Below are positions 28,553 through 36,666 of a stretch of DNA of 64,000 nt, one piece after another. The DNA is from Gemmatimonadales bacterium UBA2988. Its GTDB lineage: Bacteria > Gemmatimonadota > Gemmatimonadetes > Longimicrobiales > Gaopeijiaceae. The notes under the pieces are model-generated. The model searched no databases, was not told where the DNA came from, and saw nothing but the letters and a program-made list of their open reading frames with translations. Location of the stretch: contig DEAG01000011.1 in assembly GCA_002346665.1 (NCBI GenBank), positions 6,589 to 70,588 of the forward strand, read 5' to 3'. The translations under genes were made by a program, and so were the position numbers. Numbering within the stretch: position 1 is the stretch's first letter; every line of letters begins with the position of its first letter.

Positions 28553-30082
28553 CTATTTCAGTATATGCTCAATGTGGCGAATCAACGGCACTCTCTGGAC
28601 TGGCTCTCTATTTCCGACTGTGGCAACCGCCTGGGCCCCTACGGCGTTACCGATGAAGCCGGCGACCTCTATTGGAGCATCTTGAGCGAGACACAACGAG
28701 GTCACCGACAGGTATGCGTCGCCCGCACCCATTCGATCCACCACCCGCCCCGCAAAAGCCGGGATCTCGACAAAACCCTCTTCTTCGCTGTAACACAGGG
28801 AACCATGCTTGCCTCGGGTAACAGAAGCTCTTCTGGCATTCAACTGTCGAGCGACCTTCTCCGTCATACCGTACAACTCACTATGCCGATCTCGAGCTTC
28901 TAGCCTCATCTCATTTTCCGCCATGCAGATGTAATCTGCCCGCGGATACCTGGATATCGTGTGGTACCCCAGGTTGCCGGCATTTGATTGTGCGTTGACC
29001 GCCAGGAAACGAGCCTTGTCACAGATAATATCAATAGCCTCGTGACTCATCATACCATGTCCGAAGTCGACTACCACCACCGCGTCGAAGCGGGGAACGG
29101 ACTCCTCTAGTGTAGCGCACAGTCTTGCATTGTCATCTGCGTCCAGTGTACCGGCACTCATCTGGTATATATCCAGCATCTTCGTGAAGAAGTAGTTCTC
29201 AACGAAGCGTTGCTTGACGATCGTGGGCGCATCTTTCCGGTATAAGAATGTCTGACTAATCTCGTTATTGAGGTGCTCCCGTACGAAACTCTCCTGGGTT
29301 TCCTCTGTTCCTAGAAAAGTGACGAGCCCCACGGAGTCCGCGAAGCTAGCCACGTGATTGCCGACAGCGAGGATCCCACCGGCGAACTTCTCTGTAGAAA
29401 GGTGCCGCATCGCGAGCATCGGCTCCTTCGACGATTTCCCGATCGCCTCACAGTATCGATACTCATCGATAATAGCCTCGCCTATGACCAACACGCTGAC
29501 AGACTTAGCGTTTTCTAGATATCCCGTGACCTCATCTATTGAATGACGGCTGGAGAATTCAGCTATATAGTCGCTGACTTCCGATGAGAAAACCGGCAAA
29601 TGTCTGTTGATGAGATTCGAGGCGCTGAAAGTGATGTCATCAGTAAACGCAAGCTCACCACCGATCGACCGGACCGCGTTTTCCTCTAGCGTGATCCCGC
29701 CCGTGCGGTCGTCATCCTTATCTTTGTAATCGGAACCTTTGACATAAACGTGCGGACGTAGGCGCTCGATCGGTTCAGTAGCCAGCGGCCACCTATTGAT
29801 TGCCACGTAGTCCACGCAGTCCAGCGCGGCAAGCGACTCAGCACGCAAGTCTTCGGGAAAAGCCGGCCGGTGCGGCCCCTTGTTTACGTATCGATCCGCC
29901 GTGAGCGTCACAACGAGTATGTCCCCAAGCTTCTTGGCATGCTCGAAATGTCGAATATGTCCGACATGTAGCAGATCGAACACACCATGACAAAGGACTA
30001 TTTTTTTGTCAGTGCGAATCCGATCGAGTAATTCTGTTAGTTCCTCGATCGGTTTGACCTTGTCATTCCGTAACATAGTCAC
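28553..30082 (-). CDS. bifunctional heptose-phosphate nucleotidyltransferase/kinase, HldE-like with reversed domain order
   Basis: The N-terminal cytidylyltransferase-like domain has KIVLCHGVFDLLHVGHIRHFEHAKKLGD. The C-terminal PfkB/ribokinase-like domain has VLVIGEAIIDEY and RMGAGDAY. Confidence 0.75.
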   Translation of the reverse strand: MTMLRNDKVKPIEELTELLDRIRTDKKIVLCHGVFDLLHVGHIRHFEHAKKLGDILVVTLTADRYVNKGPHRPAFPEDLRAESLAALDCVDYVAINRWPLATEPIERLRPHVYVKGSDYKDKDDDRTGGITLEENAVRSIGGELAFTDDITFSASNLINRHLPVFSSEVSDYIAEFSSRHSIDEVTGYLENAKSVSVLVIGEAIIDEYRYCEAIGKSSKEPMLAMRHLSTEKFAGGILAVGNHVASFADSVGLVTFLGTEETQESFVREHLNNEISQTFLYRKDAPTIVKQRFVENYFFTKMLDIYQMSAGTLDADDNARLCATLEESVPRFDAVVVVDFGHGMMSHEAIDIICDKARFLAVNAQSNAGNLGYHTISRYPRADYICMAENEMRLEARDRHSELYGMTEKVARQLNARRASVTRGKHGSLCYSEEEGFVEIPAFAGRVVDRMGAGDAYLSVTSLCLAQDAPIEVAGFIGNAVGAQAVATVGNREPVQRVPLIRHIEHILK

Positions 30083-30114
30083 GCATCCCGCGGTTTATCT
30101 GGATTGTCAGCTAT

Positions 30115-31164
30115 CTATGTGCGCTTGTCACTGTCACTGAGGTACTCGAACCACTCCCGGGTGGCCTCGGCTACCGAAGCTTCATCCCACACCGGAGCGT
30201 CCTGCCACTCCTCGATGCACTCCGACATTATTTGCACTCCTTCTTCAAAGCTCACTCTGGGCCTCCAGCCCAGTAGCCGAGAAATCTTGCTGGTGTCCGC
30301 AAATGTGCACTCAGGTTCACCCGGCCGCTTCGGAATGGATACTACATCGCCTCCTAGGAGGCTCACGAGGTGATTGACGGAATAGCTATTCCCGGATCCG
30401 ACATTCAGCACCTCGCCATCTAATTCGGACTCCGCCGCCTTGACCAAAGCGTCTACCACATCGGTCACGAAAGTGAAGTCTCGGGTTTGCGTCCCATCTC
30501 CGACTACCGTAAAAGGCTTTCCGGCCAGCTTCTGTGCTAGAAAGACACCAAAAACTGCCCCATAGGTCCCAGTCGTGCGAGACCGAGGACCATATACATT
30601 GAAGAGCCGAAGTGATACCGCCGGAACGCTGTACACCTCGCTCCAGTGAAGCACGTACCGCTCGCCGACATACTTCGTCAGCGCGTACGGGTACATAGGA
30701 GCTATCCGTTCCGTCTCCGGCGTCGGGAACTCCTCCGAGATTCCGTAGCACGACGAAGAAGCAACATAGATGAACCGTCTAACGTCCGCGGCACGCGCCG
30801 CTTCTAGGACGGATACTGTTCCTTCTACGTTGGCCCTGTGGTATGCCAGGGGTTTTTGAATTGAAGGCACGATATCGGCCAGCGCTGCCAGATGAAAAAC
30901 CCACTCAGCGTTTTCGAAAACTGTATTCGTATCTTGTAGATCTGCGACATCGACACGGCGAAAGGATAGTTTGGGGTGGTCTTTCACTGCCTCAAGATTA
31001 TCGATCTTCCCGGTCGACAGATCGTCGAAGACACGAACGATGTGTCCATCCGCGAGCAGTCTCTCCACCAAGTGACTGCCGATGAAACCCGCCCCCCCGG
31101 TTACGACAACTGTACGCGAGTCATCCAAATCTCGATTACCTCTGGTAAACGCACTTAGGTTCAC
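30115..31164 (-). CDS. extended-SDR NAD-dependent sugar epimerase/dehydratase
   Basis: [19 protein letters not shown] and YALTKYVGE (YxxxK). Confidence 0.8.
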   Translation of the reverse strand: MNLSAFTRGNRDLDDSRTVVVTGGAGFIGSHLVERLLADGHIVRVFDDLSTGKIDNLEAVKDHPKLSFRRVDVADLQDTNTVFENAEWVFHLAALADIVPSIQKPLAYHRANVEGTVSVLEAARAADVRRFIYVASSSCYGISEEFPTPETERIAPMYPYALTKYVGERYVLHWSEVYSVPAVSLRLFNVYGPRSRTTGTYGAVFGVFLAQKLAGKPFTVVGDGTQTRDFTFVTDVVDALVKAAESELDGEVLNVGSGNSYSVNHLVSLLGGDVVSIPKRPGEPECTFADTSKISRLLGWRPRVSFEEGVQIMSECIEEWQDAPVWDEASVAEATREWFEYLSDSDKRT

Positions 31165-31266
31165 GTATGAAACACCCTCTTAAAGGTAGGGTCAAAAAGC
31201 TCTGTGCCCCAATTCGACAGAGCAGTCTGGGAAGGATAAACCGACTTCTCAATAGATAATCGTCGG

Positions 31267-31509
31267 ATGGAAACACATCGGCGGGACTTGGATGGTCGTC
31301 GCATCTTCACAACACAGTTCAAGCAGAAGCAGATCACGTGGATAGTACGCCATAAGTTGACGGTTGCTGAGTTGGCACGGGAGTTAGCAATGTCCCTTTC
31401 GATCGTACGGCAGTGGCACCACCTGACCATGAACGGAGACTCAACATCCGTGGACGCTAAACAAAAAGAAAAAATCGTGCCGGTAAGCGACCTCCGATCT
31501 GGCCGATAA
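31267..31509 (+). mobile_element. orphan IS3-family transposase OrfA-like helix-turn-helix fragment
   Basis: RRIFTTQFKQKQITWIVRHKLTVAELARELAMSLSIVRQWHHL follows the IS3/IS911 OrfA pattern (R-x-F-[ST]-x-[EQ]-FK ... TVAE-x-AREL ... W). No OrfB/DDE gene follows. It lies on the opposite strand to the array, in a visibly A/T-richer gap. Confidence 0.5.
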
Positions 31510-31511
31510 AT

Positions 31512-32180
31512 TCAGAGCTTCTCACCGCGATGTTCCCACTTCCCTCGGAAGGTGACCCAGAACGAAGCCAGGATAAGCCTCAGGTCGAGCCCAAAGCTTC
31601 GATTTCTGACGTACACGAGATCGTAGCGGAACTTGTGCTTGCGGATTATATCGCGAGGCGCGTAGATCTGTGCTATCCCCGTCAATCCCGGGCGAACTCT
31701 GGAGCGTTCCTCATACCCCGGAACATCCTCAACAGGAACCGGCAACTGCTCACCCTCAATCTCGATTTCTTCCGGGAGAAGAGCCCGCGGCCCCACGAAG
31801 CTCATATCGCCAACAAGGATGTTCCAGAGTTGGGGTAACTCGTCCATCGCGGTGGCCCTGATTAACCTCCCGATCTTGGTTACCCGATCGTCTCCAGCAC
31901 TCGCCTGGAGCGGCCCAAAGCGTTTATCCGAATCCTCCACCATCGATCTAAATTTCCAACTCTTGAAGCGAGCGCCACCCCGCCCGACTCGCTCGTGCCC
32001 ATAGAATATGGTGCCACCGTCAGTCAGCTTGATGGCCGCTGCCATCACTGGCCACAACGGTAATGATGCTATCAAGCCCAGGGCAGCGAGAGAGGCGTCG
32101 AAAACCCGCTTCGACAACGGGTCCGGATACAGATATATGTCCGCCAGACGTGCTTGCTCATCGGCAAATTTCGTGTGCAT
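31512..32180 (-). CDS. polyprenyl-phosphate phosphoglycosyltransferase (small bacterial sugar transferase, PglC/WbaP-C-terminal type)
   Basis: KRVFDASLAALGLIASLPLWPV (re-entrant helix), KFRSM and DELPQLWNILVGDMSFVGPRA. Start trimmed to ATG 32180. Confidence 0.85.
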   Translation of the reverse strand: MHTKFADEQARLADIYLYPDPLSKRVFDASLAALGLIASLPLWPVMAAAIKLTDGGTIFYGHERVGRGGARFKSWKFRSMVEDSDKRFGPLQASAGDDRVTKIGRLIRATAMDELPQLWNILVGDMSFVGPRALLPEEIEIEGEQLPVPVEDVPGYEERSRVRPGLTGIAQIYAPRDIIRKHKFRYDLVYVRNRSFGLDLRLILASFWVTFRGKWEHRGEKL

Positions 32181-32184
32181 CCGC

Positions 32185-33378
32185 TCACCTGGATAGGAAC
32201 GCACCTTCAACCACACTATGGATACGCCTCGCGTGTAACAAAGCGCGGACCGTCCTACGATGCCAGTCAAAGCTGACGAGCTGGCGGAGCCTCGGAGCGA
32301 GGTCCTTCTGCAACACGCGAAACAATTCGTCTATGTCACGATCGCTCAAACTCTTCGCCAACTGCTGAAGCTGGAGTCCGCCCTGTATCTCATCGTCCAG
32401 CCGGCTGCGCCATGCATGCTGATAGCTGGACAAAGAGTCAGCGGACAGCTTGCCACTTCGAAGAGCATCACTCAACACTTCAGCAGCTAGCTCAGCGCCG
32501 ATTAGACCGTAGTAGATGCCTCCTGCCGTAGTCGTCTTCACCTGTCCAGCTGCCTCCCCGACGGCGATTACTCGATCTGCCACACTTGGATCGACAGGCC
32601 CCTGGACAATACCACGGCTCATGATCGTATACCCGTGTTCACCGGAACTGGCGAACCCATCGCCGTTGAGACGAGACCGTATGGCATCGGTCTTCAAGAG
32701 CTCCTTGATGAGCGTTTTCCCGCCCTGTGACCCCAGAAGCCCGATACCAGCCGTCCCGTGTCCCCGTGGAACTGCCCATGCGAAGAACCCTGGAGCGAAT
32801 CCTCGACCGAAGTACAGCTCCGCGCCTTCGGGCAGCTTGATAGGCAGTTCAGCACGGGTCCCTTGAACGAATCCAGGAGGACTGCCGAGGCTGAGTTGCT
32901 TGTGCAACCACTGCCGATAGCCAGTAGCCACAACGATCGCTTTTCCTCGTAAGAGCTGCTGACCCCCGTTGACATCGGCCGTGAGCTCTACTCCTCTGTC
33001 GGTGACCAGAGTTTTTCGGGCCTTGTGGCCTCGCAACAGGCAGGTACCGGCGGCAACAGCTCGTGAAACTAGCTGGTCGTCAAACTGAGTTCGGTCCACA
33101 ACGTGTGCCAGAGGCTGTTCGGGGCAGTACGGCACCTCCAATCCGGAGGGGGAAAAGAAAGAAACGCGCAGTATCGAGTCCACGATCGATTCCCGTGGAA
33201 GATCGAAGTGCGCGAATGCTTCAAGGCCTATGATCCCTGAGCAGATGATCCTGCTACGGGGCCCCTCGTTCTCATCCACAAGCGCCACGTCATGACCTGC
33301 CGCAGCCAGGTTTGCAGCAGCAAGACTCCCGGCGGGTCCCGCACCTACTACTAGCACCTCAAAGTTGGATGCCTTCAT
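32185..33378 (-). CDS. geranylgeranyl reductase-family FAD-dependent oxidoreductase
   Basis: VLVVGAGPAGSLAAANLAAAGHDVALVDE, RIICSG and VGEAAGQVKTTTAGGIYYGL. Confidence 0.75.
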   Translation of the reverse strand: MKASNFEVLVVGAGPAGSLAAANLAAAGHDVALVDENEGPRSRIICSGIIGLEAFAHFDLPRESIVDSILRVSFFSPSGLEVPYCPEQPLAHVVDRTQFDDQLVSRAVAAGTCLLRGHKARKTLVTDRGVELTADVNGGQQLLRGKAIVVATGYRQWLHKQLSLGSPPGFVQGTRAELPIKLPEGAELYFGRGFAPGFFAWAVPRGHGTAGIGLLGSQGGKTLIKELLKTDAIRSRLNGDGFASSGEHGYTIMSRGIVQGPVDPSVADRVIAVGEAAGQVKTTTAGGIYYGLIGAELAAEVLSDALRSGKLSADSLSSYQHAWRSRLDDEIQGGLQLQQLAKSLSDRDIDELFRVLQKDLAPRLRQLVSFDWHRRTVRALLHARRIHSVVEGAFLSR

Positions 33379-33572
33379 TAGGATGGTCGGATCTACTCTT
33401 AGAAGAAGGTGTGACGGTAGTGGCGCATCGAGGACAAGCTCGGCTTCGTTTTCTTGAAACCGTCAGCCTGAAGATGTGAGCAGTTCAGATACGGAGGGTT
33501 ATTACACTCCCCACGGTAGTGGCCGCGCCTTGCACACTAGCCGTGAGACCATCCCACTCCATAGCAGAGCGG

Positions 33573-35069
33573 TCACGCTCCCTTACGTGTGATCAAGTGC
33601 TTCGCCAGCACCGAGAAACCTCGCAGGTTCTTCTGGAAGTGCTGCACATCGGTAAGGGACTCCCGGACCTTATTGAAGACATAGCGGGGACGGAGGTAGA
33701 ACCGGCGGCGGCTGAGGTCACAGAAGTCCTCAATCTCCTTGTTGCTCAGGCCGGGCCGCTCCACGGTCGAGCGGTGCTGCCCCTCTCCATCGTTCCACTC
33801 GGAGAAATTCTCGGTGCGGAGCAGCCCCTCGGCCTTGTAGAAGTCATAGTCGTAGGTCCCGGGGGATACCATGATGGGGTAGAACTGGGCCGAGTCGATG
33901 TCCAGGGACAGGGCGAAATCAAGAGTCCGTTCCATGGTGTCACGCGTCTCGAACTTGTTGCCGTACATGAAGCAGCCGTGGATGTGGATACCCACATCCG
34001 CGGCATTGGACACGAAGTCCTGGATCCTGACCATCTTGGTACCCTTGCGCATCTTGTTGAGGATATCCTGGTCGCCGCTCTCGAAGCCCACGCAGAACAT
34101 CTTGAAGTTCGCCTGCTTCATCGCCTCCAGGGTCTCCAGCTTGACGTCCGCCCGGGCGTTACAGGTGTACTCTAGATTAGTCACCCCCCGCTCCACCATC
34201 AGCCGACAGATCTCGCGCACCCGGGCCTGATCGGCGGTGAAAGTGTCGTCCTCGATCATAACCCCCTTAACGTAGGGCAGGTGGGTTTCGATGTATTCGA
34301 ACTCATCCACCACGTTCTCCGGGGAGCGCGTGCGGTACTTGTGGCCGTACATCACCTGAGGAAGCTGGCAAAATGAGCACCGGTAGGGGCAGCCCCGGCC
34401 GGTGATGACCGTCACCATGGGTGTCTTGGTGTGGGCCATGAAATAATCGGGGATGTTGAGGAACTGATTGTAGATCTTGGTGACGAACGGGATAGCATCA
34501 AAGTCGTGGATAGGCTCTGATTTGCCTGTGCTGACGACCTCTCCGTTCCGGGCATAGGCCAACCCCTTAACATCCCGCCATTCCTCCCCCGCCATGATGC
34601 GGCGGGACATCTCCTGCACCGTGTGGTCGTACTCCCCGTCAAGGATTGCATCCAGTTGCAACCCGTTCTCCCGGATGTAGGCGAAGGTATCGTCGATGGT
34701 AGCCGTGACGTGGGGGCCTGCCACGCACACCACCGCCTCCGGCTGAGCCGCCTTGATCTCGGAGGCCAATTTCAAATCGCTGTAGATACTGGGGGTGGAG
34801 GTGTCTAGGACCACTAGGCGGGCGTCGTTCTTGCACGTGCGCTCTACCACTTCCTCGAAGGTAAGCTCCCCGGGGCTGCCGTCGATAACGTCGATGGTTA
34901 CCCCCTCCACCGTGGACGCTGCCGCCGCCGCGTAACACAGGAAATGGGGATAATAAAGGGTGTTGCTCTTGGTAACGCTGGGGCTCCGGGACTCCCGAGA
35001 AAAACGCCGCATGAACGGGGGATTGATGAATGTGGCGTTGATCGCGTCGGTGGCAGCTACTTGAATCAT
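33573..35069 (-). CDS. B12-binding-domain radical SAM enzyme (class B)
   Basis: N-terminal B12-binding-like region (LVVLDTSTPSIYSDLKLASEIKAAQPEAVVCVAGPHV) and the CX3CX2C cluster GRGCPYRCSFCQ, 498 aa. Confidence 0.8.
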   Translation of the reverse strand: MIQVAATDAINATFINPPFMRRFSRESRSPSVTKSNTLYYPHFLCYAAAAASTVEGVTIDVIDGSPGELTFEEVVERTCKNDARLVVLDTSTPSIYSDLKLASEIKAAQPEAVVCVAGPHVTATIDDTFAYIRENGLQLDAILDGEYDHTVQEMSRRIMAGEEWRDVKGLAYARNGEVVSTGKSEPIHDFDAIPFVTKIYNQFLNIPDYFMAHTKTPMVTVITGRGCPYRCSFCQLPQVMYGHKYRTRSPENVVDEFEYIETHLPYVKGVMIEDDTFTADQARVREICRLMVERGVTNLEYTCNARADVKLETLEAMKQANFKMFCVGFESGDQDILNKMRKGTKMVRIQDFVSNAADVGIHIHGCFMYGNKFETRDTMERTLDFALSLDIDSAQFYPIMVSPGTYDYDFYKAEGLLRTENFSEWNDGEGQHRSTVERPGLSNKEIEDFCDLSRRRFYLRPRYVFNKVRESLTDVQHFQKNLRGFSVLAKHLITRKGA

Positions 35070-35146
35070 TTTATCGGGCCCTTAGGGTAGCCTGTAATCC
35101 CCTGGTCCTAAAAGCATCACAAGGTAAAAAACCGACCCAGTTCACC

Positions 35147-35749
35147 TTACAGTTCCAGGACAAAGATAGACTTGTGTAGGCCCGGGTCAATCTTTCCCTG
35201 AATCTCCCGGGCGTGGCGAAATGTCGTGATTAATACAGCGTCGGGATCCAGCTCTCTTATCGATGCCGGAGGCTGAACAACCATCGTCCCCCTCGTTGCC
35301 CCCTGCTTGGCGGGGTCGTCATCCACGACTCCGACCATCTCAAGGCCCAACGATTTCGCCAAGGGATAAGTCGTCTCCATCACGTCTCCACTTCCGTAGA
35401 AAACGAGCCGGCTTACGCCTTTTCGCTTGATCTCCCGCAGACGTCGCCGGATCCGTTCCTGGACGTCCCGGAAGCTTCCGAGTACGGAGCGATAATGCTG
35501 ATGGCTCAGCCGTCGTCGATATTCTCTCCCGCTGGGCGTTAGACAGTACGCGTAGGGCCTCACATTCGGATTCAGAACCTGAACGTAGCCTTCCTTGATG
35601 AAACTTCTAATGCACCGATTTACGAGGCTCACAGCCATCCCTACATGTTCCGCGAGGCTCCGTTGGGACACGTTGAGGTTCTGATCCAGGTCCTCTAGGA
35701 TGAGGAGCTGGCGAAGGATACTGCGCGCACCACTGGCTTCCTCAGTCAC
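35147..35749 (-). CDS. winged-helix transcriptional regulator fused to a Rossmann/CoA-binding-like domain (Rex-like architecture)
   Basis: The N-terminal wHTH has SQRSLAEHVGMAVSLVNRCIRSFIKEGYV. The C-terminal part, RLVFYGSGDVMETTYPLAKSLGLEMVGVVDDDPAKQG, resembles the CoA_binding-type domain seen in Rex and at the N-terminus of polysaccharide enzymes. GTG start with GAGGG upstream. Confidence 0.6.
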   Translation of the reverse strand: MTEEASGARSILRQLLILEDLDQNLNVSQRSLAEHVGMAVSLVNRCIRSFIKEGYVQVLNPNVRPYAYCLTPSGREYRRRLSHQHYRSVLGSFRDVQERIRRRLREIKRKGVSRLVFYGSGDVMETTYPLAKSLGLEMVGVVDDDPAKQGATRGTMVVQPPASIRELDPDAVLITTFRHAREIQGKIDPGLHKSIFVLEL

Positions 35750-36666
35750 GGGCTACCCTCACGCCGCCGTAGGAATCTCTCGATCGCCCTGTTGTTCACA
35801 GTACAAAACATTCGTTTCAAACAGGAACATCGGTGCCGTCCAATCAAGCTCGTAAAGCAACTGCAGTAGATGACCACTCGGGTTGTGAGTATGGTGCCAG
35901 CAGCGAAACCACTGCCGGGGCGCCGGATCGGACCGCCTAGAGGATAAGCGCCCCTTTGTCCTTCACAGTCCAGCTACGCGGCGGGGAACTTCCTTAGGAA
36001 CCCAGGACCCGGGCCGTAGCGTACCGCGGAACCTGTCAACGATCGTGAAACAACTCGAGGGAGTAGCAATCTCCCGTGTGTTGATGGGGAAACGGGAATT
36101 TACTCAGACGGGCTCTGGGAGCGGTTTGGACGTCGGCGCTGGGGTAGTGGGAAGCCAACTCCTTCATACCTCATCGTCTTCCATCGCTTGTCCCCTCACC
36201 TAATTCCGGACACAGCTCCGCCCCGTCACTCCCAGTTGTGAGGCACACTCTGGTTCATGGATCACATGTGCAGCTATGTATTGGTGCAGGGAATAAGGAC
36301 TGCCCTGCCCGACCCCCGGAGTGGATACCGCAAGGAATGGGTAGCATTGGCTTGCGTTCCATTCCAGCCTTCCAGACTAAAGCCCACCCTGGCTGTACGC
36401 AAGGCTCCGTTTTTACGCTTCCACAGGCTTACGCCAGCCCCAGAATAGGACCCCATTCCCAGGTGTAGAATTACCCGTTGGGCCCCTCCTCCGAGGTGAT
36501 GTCGGTATGCTCGATAACGACGCCGGGATCTGTGGGCCCTTCGTCCAGGTCCGAGATGCCCCGTGAAAACCGACCAGATGCCGCTCATGGGTGAGAATCG
36601 GATAACCACGGGTCGATGGCTCGGCAGGATACGGCTTCGCCCTGTCAGTCACGAGGTTCGTCTGAC
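35750..36666 (-). promoter_or_regulatory. 917-bp ORF-free leader between the NusG paralog and the first gene of the glycan array
   Basis: Only short, Arg/Pro/Gly-rich, family-less ORFs on either strand. Contains a perfect 7-bp stem GGAATGG(18 nt)CCATTCC at 36334-36365. Confidence 0.4.

Noticed and set aside
31161-31430. 89-aa minus-strand ORF in the IS-fragment gap.
   Set aside because: It overlaps the better-supported plus-strand OrfA-like ORF and has no family motifs. It looks like the shadow frame of that ORF.
35889-35905. Sigma-54 promoter reading of the shared 13-mer. Its sense strand contains TGGCAC, the -24 element.
   Set aside because: The -12 position reads TCAC at the 35.9-kb site and CGTC at the 49.7-kb site, instead of TTGC with the required GC. 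No enhancer-binding protein gene is present in the window.
35881-35950. Possible cobalamin riboswitch upstream of the regulator and the B12-dependent radical SAM gene (GGTGCC ... CCACTGCC).
   Set aside because: No proper B12 box (GCCACTG context) and no conserved core pairing could be recognised by eye on either strand. It needs an Infernal/Rfam scan before any claim.
36397-36409. ACGCAAGGCTCCG, reminiscent of the ACGCAAAGC-C-GG segment of c-di-GMP-I riboswitches, followed by a T5 run.
   Set aside because: It lies on the plus strand, antisense to the array. It lacks the GNRA tetraloop/receptor helices and the preceding GGCAAA-type segment, and no stable hairpin precedes the T run.
36238-36652. 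Four 60-111-aa ORFs on both strands inside the 917-bp leader.
   Set aside because: They overlap one another and are rich in Arg/Pro/Gly/His. They have no recognisable motifs, Shine-Dalgarno sequences or coupling to neighbours, so they are treated as non-coding.
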